From NCBI RefSeq assembly GCF_001194135.2, contig NC_068994.1, forward strand, positions 52,737,665 through 52,772,094: a DNA stretch of 34,430 nucleotides, written 5' to 3'. The position numbers and the translations under genes were made by a program. The notes beneath the pieces are model-generated. The model ran no database searches and had not been told where the DNA came from. It saw only the letters and a program-made list of their open reading frames with translations. Source of the stretch: Octopus bimaculoides (Eukaryota). Of the stretch, positions 22,301 through 34,430 are shown piece by piece; position 1 is the first letter of the stretch; the number at the start of each line of letters is the position of its first letter.

Positions 22301-24509
22301 AAGTATATGTATTTGCATTGAGAAAAACGTCTCATCGCCAACTGGTGGTTGTCACACATTGATGACGGGCCAATACCCAGAAACTCGTGTCCGTGTATAT
22401 CACGTCAGGCTGGAGATGGGAACAATGACTTCCCTTTGCAAATACTGATAGGGCAAAGATAGTGTGTCAATAGTCAGCTGGAGGAGATTCTTCCTGGGGC
22501 TACATGCTACAGTAGCCTCAACACTTAAAGGTTAGCCACATTTAAATGGCAAACATACTTCACGATATCGTGAGGCTACTTAGAGATTTATTATATATAT
22601 ATATATATATATATATANNNNNNNNNNNNNNNNNNNNNNNNNNNNNNNNNNNNNNNNNNNNNNNNNNNNNNNNNNNNCATACATAACCAGTAAATATAAA
22701 TATAAACACCTCTACATACCAAGGAACTTCTTCTAAACGCATTTCTACGATTTGGGTGCCTGTGTATATTTATTGAAGTAGTTTCACTTACACCTATAGA
22801 TAATATATATACCCACTGGTATAAGTAAATGTATGTGAAACTAACTGAACCGATTGAATGACAATTTTTCCAGAATTTCATGACAAACAGATCGGCCATC
22901 TTCTCATTTAATTGCCTATAATATTGCATATATACATCAACAGTTGGCAACATTGTTTAGTCAATCTTCTTGCATGCCCATTAACAAAGCAATTATGACA
23001 AGACGTCCTCAAAGATTCTATTTTTGATTGTCATATTGAACTGAATAAAACCAGTTTCCCATGTTAACATTAGATTCTTTTATGTGCGCTGAATACGTGC
23101 TAGGAATGCATAACTTTATTACTAAATTAGGCAATAAAACAGCATTTCAAATTCGTAGAATAGAACCTATAAAATGTTGCACTTCCTTTACAACATGTGT
23201 TTCAAATAAACTTGCAAGAAGAGTTCAATAAAGTGATGACAATATGAAAGATGAACGTCAGTTTGACATACACTGTGAAATCAAAATGCTTCTTTCCACT
23301 GTGAATCAGTGTTATGTTTTCTTCAAATATGTCTTTCCTTCAAAAAAAGATATAGGAAAAACTAGATTTTATTTTGTCTCTTCATATTAGGAGACCGACA
23401 AAAGTTTTGTTAAACATCAACAACTTCAACTTCATGGGTAATTTCCGCATATTTGATGCAATTGTAAAGGGATAGGAACATGCTGTGCTTGAGGACGCGA
23501 AAGACGTTTACCTGAGGAATCCAAAATGGGGTAAATGTTCATAAGTTTGCTCTTGTACACATAATAGTATTATTTAATAGTAATAATGCAAACATAGAAA
23601 TTTTTCAGGAGATCCTTTTGCTTTATCCAAATTATTGGCGTTAACAAACGTATGGAAGGGATATTTCTTTATTTAGACTGAGAAATTAATTGAACATACG
23701 TTACAAATTTGATGATGTAAACACGGCTTGCCCGGACGCTTAGTTGTCAGTCAAAAGATAGTTTGTATATCTTTTTAGATACATTTTAATATATCCTTCT
23801 ATGCCCTCTATCGGACATATTGGAAAAGCTCTGGCAAGTACTGAAAGAAAAAAAGACAAAGGGCTGATTAAACTTCTCAATCAATTTAAGTATATGATAG
23901 CATTAATAAAAATAAAATATAAATAATAACATAATATATTAAATTCGTTATCCTATTTAGTAAATTTATTGGTAAAACAGTGAAATGATTAAGGTAATTC
24001 ATAAATCACACATTCGGCAATAATTATTTAAAAAATAAAAAAGATTATCATGTCTTGAAAATACACACGTGTGAGGGAAAACAAAAAGACATTCAAAATA
24101 AGGAATGATGTACCGAAATTTAATAACAACCTAAATGAGCTCCGATAAAATGTCATGTTGCCCCGTTTTGTTAAATCAATTAGTTGTATTATCGGAGGAA
24201 TATGTTTCGATAATTTACTTGATTTTTATTTCATTCTGTGATGTTTCTTAGTGCAAATTGTTAATATGAATAAAAAGGTTAAAAATAGAAATAATTAAAT
24301 CATTATTATAGTGTATAGTAATTAGCGTTGTTATAAATTAAGTTCACAACATAATTAAATTTCCTTCTGTAAGTTTTATAAATATTAACTCTCTTCCTTT
24401 ATTTTTACATGTTTACATGACAGAAATTGGTAAATTTATGAGAAGCATTAAAGCAAAGAAGAAAAAACGGACCCGGTATCGTTATTTGAGATATTGATAT
24501 GCGTATTAG

Positions 24510-24830
<321 letters not shown>

Positions 24831-25159
24831 ACTAAACCATTTCAAAATTCAATTGTAGAATTTCTTGTGCCTTACTTCGATGGAGAATTTAAGAGCTGCA
24901 TCTTCTGTTTCCAGTAATCTTTACTTTTCAATAAAGACTATGTAGAACTGGCGTTAAATGATTTAATATAATATTAGAAGGAAAGTAAATTATATAATAA
25001 TTCTTTGAAATTCACTTTAAATGGAGAAAAGAATTTAATAAGCGACGTAAAATTTATCTATTGTCTACAGTTCTTTTTATACTAATATTCCCATAGACAA
25101 AATTGCGAATGTTTTGTTATACATCGCATTATGATCAGCGATGTATAACAAAATCTGAA

Positions 25160-25690
25160 CAGAATTCGTGTCCTATACATGATGTATGGTTTGCGAGTTT
25201 GGTACCGTCACACAATACATTCAATTAGCTGTGTTTTCTGATATTGTCATTGTGCCATTCCAGCTTTTCGTCTCCTCTCCTTGCAAATGATTTTTCGCCA
25301 TGTGATTTTAGGCCGCCCTTCTGTTCTTTCCCTTCAGCTTCCCACCTTCATGCCACCATACAATCGCTTACTCGATGTTGTCTGAGGATGTGTCCGATTA
25401 ATACCAGCGTCTGCGTGTTATTTCGTGAATGATTCTACTGATGTCCTTTGTCTCAATTGTGTCATTTCGGACTCTTTTCAGCCATTTGAGATCTTTGCAG
25501 AATGTAAATTGGAAGCTGTCCTTTGTCTTTTTCTTTTCTCTTCTATTTCTATCACTTTCCGCTTTCCACATCTGTATGGATGAAAGACATAATTTGTTCT
25601 GCTTTAGTCATAATGCCATCATCATATTCATTTTACGAACCGGGGTCAGTTTTTATAAGTCTTTATCAGAGAATTAGCAAATCTTGTATC
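25160..25690 (-). mobile_element. RTE-clade LINE 3' fragment
   Basis: Minus strand: KWLKRVRND...ITRRRWY / IGHILRQ...DCMVA*RWEAEGK / GRPKITWRKIICKERR. This is the characteristic RTE C-terminus 'RRRWxWIGHxLR...ALxWxPEGKRxxGRPKxTWRR'. Two frameshifts and stops are present. Confidence 0.85.
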
Positions 25691-25701
25691 GATTTCAGTT
25701 G

Positions 25702-25817
25702 AATGAAAAGCAAATTTTATCTCCGAGAGATTTGAACTCAGGATGAAATGAGGCGGAACACATGCCGCAAATAAATTATTTTCCGTATGCTAATGATTAA
25801 GCCACTTCGCTGCGCTT
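25702..25817 (-). mobile_element. Decayed SINE family B head
   Basis: tgaaaagcaaa...ccgagagatttgaactcag...tgctaatgattaagccacttcgc is a degenerate version of 16375-16488. Confidence 0.5.
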
Positions 25818-25954
25818 CCATTGATGACATGAAAGTGCCATAAAAGTACGGAACTCCCTTTCACATTTGCGTAATGAATCATCAAACAAACGACTAAATC
25901 CACATTACCATTCGTATTAACTTACTTTGAATATGTCTAAAATTATGCACTTGT

Positions 25955-26117
25955 TAATCACACACATATACGCAAGGACACACACAAACACACATACATA
26001 AACGTACGCACACTCCTATATATATGCTTGCGTGTGTGTCTGCATGTGTGCGCACGCGTGTGTATGTATATATATGTTTATAAAAAAGTGTACGTTTATA
26101 TGCATACATATATATGT

Positions 26118-26168
<51 letters not shown>

Positions 26169-26176
26169 TGTGTATA
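25955..26176. repeat. CA/TA/TG microsatellite cluster
   Basis: Directly visible. Confidence 0.93.
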
Positions 26177-27664
26177 CATGAGAGATTGAAATTGAAAGTG
26201 AAGCACATTTCGACACGTCACACTTACTGAATATAATTTAACTCAAGCTAACTGTTTCTACTTCACATGATATATCAACCTGAAGTGAAGTGGAAATATC
26301 ATAGTCTTGTTAGAAATTTTATAAAATTAATAATCAGCTCTTATTGAAAGGTTACTTTGCGTCGATAGAGTGGCTTCTCTAAGGTGTTGTCATCAACTTG
26401 TATCATTTTAATAACAGAATTGTCTCCAAAGAAATCCGTGACGTCTTCTTGTATTCGTCTACCTAATCTAATCTAATCTTTACTTGTTAAGAACATAAAA
26501 CGTTGTCGAAGGAAAATTAAAAGCGTGTAATTAAATACGATTTTGTTGTAGCAGTTTATGTTCTTTTATATGCTCAATTCAAGTGTACATTTTCTGGACT
26601 CGATGAAAATATCAATTGTTGTGGAAGTTGAATGGTTATGATTGAACAGACGTATAATAACCGAACGGTTTTAAACTGCGACAATTCTATTTGTTGATCA
26701 GATATAATATATCCAAATGTGACACGGGATAAAAGCAAACCCGAATACTGCTCGAGGTTCAGCGTCCTAGCTTGACGCTTGCCTAAGGTAGCAAAATTTG
26801 GGTTCGGGAATTTATTTCCGCTGATATTACCTGTTTATTGCCTTTATTTATTTCTATGCAAAAATTTCGCAAATTTGTACATCTGGTGCATTTTGCCGGA
26901 TTCATGTGCTAAATGAAAATCAGTAGATAAATATCGTAAATGATATCTTCTATAGTTTCACACGTAGATTGTTTTTGTCTATCATATGTAAAATCTCTTA
27001 CACTTTCCCGCATTCATATATACACTATTTTCCATAAATGGTGAGTCGAGTCATTCATGTCTTCTGGTAGCAGCGAGGATAACACATACATTTTACTACA
27101 ACCCATCATTTAACCCTAATTAAAACCACCAGCTATTAATACGCTTATTTTTCTGTCTAGTGTTCTAGATACTTATTTCATCATAGCTATTATCCTGCAA
27201 TGTAATCTTACTTTTGCCCTTGTTACATGGCGATCTCTTTTCTGTGAAGGATTCTCATTTGGCCTAACTTTCCACAAAATATCATGCAGAGCTTTTACTC
27301 TCTAAATTATGATATGATGCTCAACATCTGAAGTTTTCACATTCAGAGCAGTACAAATCAACTTAATTTCATTGACCTAAATTGAACTAGCTACAGTACA
27401 AAATGTCCGATCGAGTGAAAGTGACTTCATGTAAATCTGTTGGTAAAAATTTCGTAATCCTACAAAATGCTTTTTTTAACCGTTCAAACCTGTGCAAACT
27501 GATGTTACAATCGCTGGTCGTCGGTGAAGGCATCGACATTTCTCTGCAGAGTCTGATTGGGAATAACTGATTAGATACAATTCAGATACAATTTCTATGA
27601 ATAAAGATAGATGTTTATTTATATAAAAGTGCAGAAAACTCGAATCGTAAAGCATCATGCTTCA

Positions 27665-27700
27665 TTTCAACTGGTTACTTCCTTTCAACTGGTTACTTCC
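27665..27700. repeat. Perfect 18-bp tandem duplication TTTCAACTGGTTACTTCC x2
   Basis: 27665-27682 and 27683-27700 are identical. Confidence 0.95.
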
Positions 27701-27702
27701 TT

Positions 27703-27795
27703 ATAAAATAAGGACCTGCCATGTATTGAGATCGAAGTCATCGACTAACCTCCTCATCTCAAAATTGTTTGCCGCTTACCAAACTTAGAAAGAAT
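27703..27795 (+). mobile_element. Decayed SINE family B 3' tail
   Basis: ataaaataagga...tattgagatcgaagtcatcgactaacc...aaaattg...ttagaaagaatt resembles the family B tail. Confidence 0.5.
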
Positions 27796-27807
27796 TGCTA
27801 TTGTTCT

Positions 27808-27930
27808 GGGGCGCCGGCAATCGTTAGCGCATCTGTCAGAATGCTTAGCAGCATTTCTTCAGATTCTTTAGGTTTTGAGTCCAAATTACGCCGACGCCGA
27901 CTTTACTTTTCACGTCTCTGTGGAAATAAA
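27808..27930 (+). mobile_element. Decayed SINE family B head
   Basis: ggcaatcgttagcgc...aatgcttagcagcatttc...ttgagtccaaattacgccgacgccgactttacttttca aligns to 1211-1330. Confidence 0.65.
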
Positions 27931-28840
27931 TAATGTCCGAGAGACCGACTAGAGATCGAACTGACAGACTGTACTTCACCCCCGCCTCCACAGAAACTAA
28001 CACAGACACAAACACTACATATAGTGTCATGTGCCCATATCAAAAATCCTTATCGTTCTTCGAGTGAGTTATTTCCTCGGAAACACAACATCCGAAAACT
28101 TTGATAAGATTAGAATTATTGACGTTTTCGATTTGCAAGGGCTGGAAACATTAAGACTCGCTTATCTGTCACTTTGCACGCCAAAGATAAATGAAATAAC
28201 TGTAAACTAAATAAAAAATAATGCGATAATAAATAATGGAAAAGCTAGCCCTGTTAGAAATTCACATATGCAGTCGAACATTTCGCATCATTTGTATTTA
28301 TTTAGCATTTGATTATGTGTGTGCGTCTGTTGTTTACCATTAGGGTATACAATAGTAAGGAAGGCTTGTGATGTGTTATGCTTGTTTGAATGTGCGGTAA
28401 ACATTAAAGGAAAGAATAAGCGGCTTATAAAGAAGATCTACGACACAGAATGATCACAGGTGAAATATTGTGGCAACATATAAAACTGGAGAAACAACAA
28501 CAACATCAACAACAAATGAATTCAAAGAAAAATAACAAAATGTGAATAATGAATTATGTCAAGTATGAAAGAATGGGAAGTCAGTTGAGTGAAATTTATC
28601 AGAAACGTTCTAAGTGATCGATAAACGCATAAAATAGACATATCTTACATTGGTTTTTCTGCCCACTTTGCAGGAACACATGCGCACACATGTAGACATA
28701 CATGTATACACACAGACACGCAAATACAAATTATAGCATTCCTACATGTACACAGAGAGATGGCGATTGAATGATGGGACAGAATGAAACAATAGTTATC
28801 GCTTGAAAATGAAATAAAAATATTTTAGGCAGTGAAAATT

Positions 28841-28848
28841 ATGTGTGT

Positions 28849-28889
<41 letters not shown>

Positions 28890-28980
28890 TGTGTGTGTGT
28901 GTATGTGTGTGTGTGTGTGTGTCTGTGTGTGTTTCTATATACATACATATATGTATGGGTGTATGTATGTGTATACATAT
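28841..28980. repeat. (TG)n/TATG microsatellite
   Basis: Directly visible. Confidence 0.96.
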
Positions 28981-29369
28981 ACATCTGCCCATGTTTTGAT
29001 GTTATTATCTGTCATTTCTGATTCATTCGCATGAAATTATCCCCCATAATATATCATTTACTTATTCAGGACAAAGCGAAATTATGTAAGGACAAAGTAA
29101 TAAATTTCTTAAATACCTCCAATTGTATACGGTCTTTGGCATAACTAGGTGAAAATATGATTAATGATTGTTTGAAAGTACATTTAATCATCAGAATGAT
29201 AAACAGCTATAGCATATGAATAAAAGCGGTATTACTAACAAAAATGTTATGGCAGTAACAATATCTCTTTATTGAGCCTTACAGAAAACAACATTAGATG
29301 AAATTCCCTTTCCTTAACGTCTCGTCAACGCAGTGTATCACCTACGTAATTTTCTAAAATAAAAGCCGG

Positions 29370-30135
29370 TATATAGTTTGTCATACCTAGCCTTATACTG
29401 TTAAATGGGAGTAAGACAAATACCGGTAGATTGAGGTTACACGAAGGTAAAAGTGTCTGGTACAACTTCCTATGCAACTCATTGAAAAAGGTGTAATATA
29501 TCAAACAAATTAACGATTTTGTCTATCATTAAATAAACTGGCATCAGTATAACGTATCCTCCTTCACAAAGCAACCAAAGCGAAACAAATTTATCACAAT
29601 AACTTTAGTAATTGGTTCTTCTATCGTTGTGCAATTTTGCGATGGTGATTTTCGTCAAAATTTGTAGCTAAATATAAATGTATTTCTTGCAATGATCTAA
29701 AGCTTTTGCCAACAGTAAAATGAGAGAAGTCATTGAATTGAAAATCCTTCAAAGAAATAAAACATTAACCGATTTATGCGATTTCGTATTTTTCTCAGCC
29801 AGTGCTATGTAGGAAGTCAAGACAATGATGCATCTTCAAATCCCACCACAAATTTTGCACATTTACATTAATATATGTTGTTGTAGCTTGCAGACAATAG
29901 TTTAATGGAAGGGATACTTTAATATTCCTCGGTCACATATCTGGGAACGCAGCCTTTACGCTGAATAATTAAACAAACTGATTCGCGGTAGGAAATCCCG
30001 TTCGTTTCGTGATTTGATGCATATTCAGAAACATATCAACTGTCTTCTTAAATACGAAATACACTTAAGCGTCTATGATAGACTAAGGACTTGTTAATAT
30101 ATCGCGATAGACAAGCATTGCACGGAAGTCTGCTA
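29370..30135 (+). mobile_element. Possible very decayed RTE LINE remnants
   Basis: Weak ordered motifs: VIPSLILLNGSKT (~29377), LIFLGHI (~29910, cf. LRWLGHV), KYEIHL, and DRQALH (~30106, cf. DRxxWR). Confidence 0.33.
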
Positions 30136-30151
30136 TGTACTCGACATCTGT

Positions 30152-30531
30152 AATGGAGGCGCAATGACCCAAAGTTTAGGGCAGCGGGCTTACGGTCGTG
30201 AGATCACGGTTTCGATCCCCAGACCGGGCAGTGTGAGTGTTTATTGAACGAAAACATCTAAAGCCCCACGAGTCACCGGCAGGGGCTGGTGGTGAACCCC
30301 GCTGTTCTCTTTCAACACATCTTTCTCTCACTCTTCTTGTTTCTGTTGTACTTGTATTTCAAAAGGTCAGCCTTGTTGCACACTGTGTCACGCTGAATCT
30401 CCCCGAGAACTACGTTAAGAGTACACGTAACTGTGGAGTGCTCATCCACTTGCACGTTAATTTTAGGAGCAGGCTATTCCGTTGATCGGATCAACTCGAA
30501 TCCTCGTCGTCGTAACCGACGGAGTGCCACA
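30152..30531 (+). mobile_element. Full-length 380-bp tRNA-derived SINE (family D) with 13-bp TSD
   Basis: Head ggaggcgcaatgacccaaagtttaggg (A-box-like) and ggtttcgatcccc (B-box). Ends ...cgtaaccgacggagtgccaca. Perfect TSD ACTCGACATCTGT at 30139-30151 and 30532-30544. Confidence 0.92.
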
Positions 30532-32052
30532 ACTCGACATCTGTGATTAGCTGCTAATTGTAATTGCTCTGTCGGTCAAAATATAAATTCTACTTTGCCC
30601 ATGGCATTCTTCAGTAATTGTCACTGTTGCAGCCTGATCAGAGAATAAAAGATACATTGTTGTTAGCAATCGCAAAACCCTTTCAGATGTCCAGCAAGAA
30701 TGCATAGAGAAAGAATGTTAAAGAGCCACTGTTATGACTACATAATGAACTAACTGCTAATAAACGTTCATAAACATTCAACATTGATGCTTGACATCGA
30801 ATTATACAGTTCGCCTATGTGCACATAATTATTACAAAATATAATTGCTTAGCAACAGAGTAATCGGTAGCACTGCATAAATAATCGGTCCTTCGGTGTA
30901 TCAAGATGCTTGATTTAATTCATCCTCTTATCTTGGTTCATAAAAAGGCTCTACGAGCCACAGCATTAATTTTATACATGTCAACACTTCTAAAATTGAC
31001 GTTGAGTTATATAATTACTGAAAAGCAGACAGACTGAAAACTTTTGAAGTAATGCCACGCAGACGATTAATTGATGGCGCACAGGTTGTGATGTATATGA
31101 TATTACTAGAAGTACAACGAAAAGATCTGTTGTTCAAATCATCATATAATTACGGAGTGCATCCGTGAACAGGATGTCATACTTCTACGCATCATGTGTC
31201 TCTAACACCAGGTCGGTAATGTTTGGAAAATACGAATCATTGTAAGTAGTTATTTATATCCTCTTGATATTGACAAGTGATACACTGGATTATATTTCGA
31301 TGTTGTGTTCAATTGGCTCCGTGGGGTGAACAAACAGTGATCTTCTCCCGATATACCAGTTCATATAAATATGCAAACAAAAGATGTTTGTTGTGCAATT
31401 GCTTCAATCTACATAAATCAAATATTGGATCAATGTTGCATAAATTTCTGCGATTCAAAATAACATCAGATTGATTATATAATTGATTGAGAAGGAAATA
31501 AAAATGTGTCAAAATCAAAGATAGCCAATAACGGTAAATATCGATTTATTACACAATATTTGAATTACAGAAATGCGAATGTTCTTAATATGAACTTAGT
31601 GTTAACGTATTCAATACAGAAAGCATTAAAAATTTAACTAGATTATAATTTACATCAAATATTGTTGGGGTTTTTTTCTCTACATCGGGTAGATGCAATA
31701 TTAGTCAATGACTTCTAGTATTCCATAGCTAATATTACTGAATGACTTTTATTGTTCTAATTGTAACTTGTATGGAGAACACCTCTTTGACATCTTTGAA
31801 TTCTGTGTTATTATGACATCATCAAACATTTTGCTCTACATGACGAATCGATATTAGGTAAATGGCAAACATCGGCTGATAGAATAATTCAGAAGAAAGA
31901 TATCTCAGAGATGCATTTGTTTATTCTATCATGCAGAAATTTCCTGAATAAATTATATAAATTAAAAACCACAAAAAGCAAAAATTAAATCTGATATTGA
32001 TACCTGCAATTGGTTAACGTGAGAAGCCATAAAAGCCACTGCCTGGTACTGC

Positions 32053-32171
32053 ATCATTATTATTGTTATTATTATCATTCAGTAGTTTTAGTTTTATCAC
32101 GTGCTTTCACTGCACATCTGAGCACAGCGCTGTGCGCCTTGGGTATGTGCTGTGGTTGGCTGTCATGCTCT
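32053..32171 (-). mobile_element. Non-LTR retrotransposon 3' end (same family as 2569-2728)
   Basis: The reverse complement reads agagcatgacagccaaccacagcacatacccaaggcgcacagcgctgtgctcag...gtgaaagcacgtgataaaactaaaactactgaatgataataat. It may extend through the (TATG)n tract to ~32330. Confidence 0.65.
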
Positions 32172-32190
32172 GTATGTGTGTCTACGTTTT

Positions 32191-32237
32191 TATGTATGTA
32201 TGTATGTATGTATGTATGTATATGTATGTATGTATAC
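32191..32237. repeat. (TATG)n microsatellite
   Basis: Directly visible. Confidence 0.96.
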
Positions 32238-32869
32238 GTAGATATATTGCCTGTCCATGCCCAAACACAAGTGCACAGAAAAAGTTGGGTATAGTCCAGA
32301 GCCACAGAGCTGTCTCATGTTCTGCTGGCGGAGACAGCGATTTCCATCTCAGAAACAGAAATGCGAGAATATACTGGATGATGTAGTGTTAGATAAAAAG
32401 AAAAACATATTAAATTAGAAGCCTTTCAGTCACACATCTTCGAAATCAAAGCCATTATTTGGTATTACCAAATCTGCAAAACATCATTGTCCTTACACAT
32501 AAGCACACTCACACCGACACATACAGCACGCCTGCGTGCGCCTGTGTGTGTTTATGTCTGTGTTTGAAATCATGAATACATTGCAGTTCGAGAATCTTAG
32601 GAATGATTAAATGATATTTACACGAGAACAAAACATCAAACGTCAAAACAACCCTTGGCAATAATTAATTATCTTAAATCAAAAACCGTTTCAAATCAAA
32701 TGTGTAGAAGTCTACAAATTTTTTCCGCCGGTCACAAAGTTACTTCTTGATGTCTTCTGAATTTCCATTAATTAACAAAACGAACGTCAAGAGCTACAGT
32801 CGTAATTTTGCCAAGAAGCGAAAAAAGCCTCTGATTGACTTATAGTAGAGATGAATCGCGACCTATCGG

Positions 32870-32974
32870 TATACACGACGATGCATATATATTTATATAA
32901 ATATATACACACACATGCACATATTTGTATATATATATATGTTGGTATGTATATACAAACAAATATATATATAT

Positions 32975-33015
<41 letters not shown>

Positions 33016-33290
33016 NNNNNNNNNNNNNNNNNNNNNNNNNNNNNNNNNNNNNNNNNNNNNNNNNNNNNNNNNNNNNNNNNNNNNNNNNNNNNNNNNNNNN
33101 NNNNNNNNNNNNNNNNNNNNNNNNNNNNNNNNNNNNNNNNNNNNNNNNNNNNNNNNNNNNNNNNNNNNNNNNNNNNNNNNNNNNNNNNNNNNNNNNNNNN
33201 NNNNNNNNNNNNNNNNNNNNNNNNNNNNNNNNNNNNNNNNNNNNNNNNNNNNNNNNNNNNNNNNNNNNNNNNNNNNNNNNNNNNNNNNNN
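32870..33290. repeat. TA-rich microsatellite running into gap 33016-33290
   Basis: Directly visible. Confidence 0.93.
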
Positions 33291-33429
33291 CATGTATAAT
33301 TTAAGACAATAAGTAAGTTGTCATTATAGTACTCGGAGCATTACTCATCTATTATTTGTTTTATATATATATATATCTCTGTGTGTATGCAATCTATATA
33401 TGTATGTATATACTGGGGACTATGAAATA

Positions 33430-33850
33430 TCATTAGAACATTTCTGTTCTCGCGTATTCTGCTCATCATTAAGTATGTATCTCTCTTTATATTTTCGTTT
33501 TATGTGCAAATTGCCTAAAGCTATGGAGATGTCTAGACACTCTCTTACGTCTTGTTGTAGATAAAATAGCTATTATTATTATCAAGTGCATGCTCTCATT
33601 AAGTTAGCAGAGTTATGAGTACATCCTATTCGACCTTGAATATTTGTTCTAACTCCAAGCATGTTTGATAGGGAAAAAAATTATTTTCTTAAAAAATTGT
33701 GAAATGAAACATGTTTGTTCTACCTCTAGCATTTCTAACGGCAGCCGTGTAGCCATTTCTTCGTCAGCTGCTCAAAGTTGGTCCAACGTCGTCAGGCTGT
33801 GGAAGGTAGACTTTGTCTAGATTGAAAGTTATTTCTGATGAAAAGGTGCT
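33430..33850 (-). mobile_element. Possible decayed RTE LINE fragment
   Basis: Minus strand: LDKVYL / HSLTTLDQL*AADEEMATRL (cf. FxYLGS...DEEIxxRI), with weaker downstream motifs. Confidence 0.3.
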
Positions 33851-34277
33851 TGTTTCTGTTTCATAAAGTTGAGGAGAATCAGGAAATATTAGTATTTTAT
33901 TTGATTGATGGTACGGTTATTGTCCGATTTTAAATGCCTTTCTTAAATATAAGCTACATTCATCAACAAGCAGAACAAACTGTTAATTATATATTTAACG
34001 AAACAAACGCACAAACACTCACACAAACTTATGTAAGCGGTATTTTATTTAATTACTGTAATATACAATAAAACATATCTATATATTCTTAGCCAACACA
34101 GTAATAACGAGTGTGAGTACAGCCTCTATAAAGATCTGTTCTATAGTTCATAACAGCAATGAAACGAAAAACTGTTAACATTCCAGCAATGTATTATTTG
34201 ATCTACCGACCAATAAAGTATTAAAGAAGCGAATTCTTGTATCACGTTTACATTGGCTACTGAAACCAACGTGTTTA

Positions 34278-34430
34278 CAAGTGGATGCTGAAAAGTTCCT
34301 GGCTTTGGGTAAACGAAAGCAGAGGAGCATCAGTTAGTTCTGATGTTATTCTACATATTCCCCGCTCAGATACACACACTTCTTGCAGAAGTCCTTCAGT
34401 TTTCTCAGCCCTTTTAAACAACTCGGAAGG
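34278..34430 (-). mobile_element. Mariner transposon 3' end (runs off the window)
   Basis: TA at 34276-34277 is followed by TIR-like caagtggatgctgaaaagttcctggc. The minus strand encodes ...LKDFCKKCVYLSGEYVE* (stop 34348-34346), the mariner C-terminal KCVxxxGxYVE motif. Confidence 0.85.

Noticed and set aside
23391-23437. Possible 47-nt exon (RPTKVLLNINNFNFM or ETDKSFVKHQQLQLH)
   Set aside because: The splice signals are plausible but unremarkable, the peptide is not recognised, and it cannot be distinguished from chance without RNA-seq.
26340-26460. Minus-strand protein-like frame RRIQEDVTDFFGDNSVIKMIQVDDNTLEKPLYRRK
   Set aside because: No usable acceptor (purine-rich) and no recognised motif; it could be an unresolvable LINE remnant.
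31212-31241. Possible 30-nt exon (cag|gtcggtaat...atcatt|gtaagt)
   Set aside because: Weak polypyrimidine tract, and the peptide is too short to assess.
33730-33805. GC-richer 76-nt exon-like segment (ISNGSRVAISSSAAQSWSNVVRLWK)
   Set aside because: The donor gtagac is weak, and the opposite strand shows RTE-like motifs that could equally explain the composition.

Overview
AT-rich eukaryotic DNA, almost all intronic or intergenic. It is dense in (TA)n/(CA)n/(GA)n/(TATC)n microsatellites and has six N-gaps (11392-11442, 13456-13676, 18329-18422, 21177-21476, 22618-22677, 33016-33290), most of them abutting microsatellites, as expected in a short-read draft assembly. The SINE families and overall composition match what I recall from Octopus (coleoid cephalopod) genomes; this is recognition from memory, not a database result. 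Almost every ORF in the supplied track is a translated microsatellite, an N-run or a chance ORF. Supported content: several tRNA-derived SINE families; a complete 306-bp hAT (Charlie/Buster-type) MITE with a perfect 8-bp TSD; a fold-back MITE-like element; four Tc1/mariner relics, one built from two inverted left ends; decayed RTE LINE fragments; non-LTR 3' ends; a possible CMC/Chapaev3 transposase relic; and a 220-bp false duplication around a gap. The only host-gene candidate is one small + strand exon (6786-6892) whose peptide looks PH/GRAM-like. I found no intact gene, CRISPR array, operon or convincingly new biological system. The best leads are unusual transposon architectures and the candidate exon.
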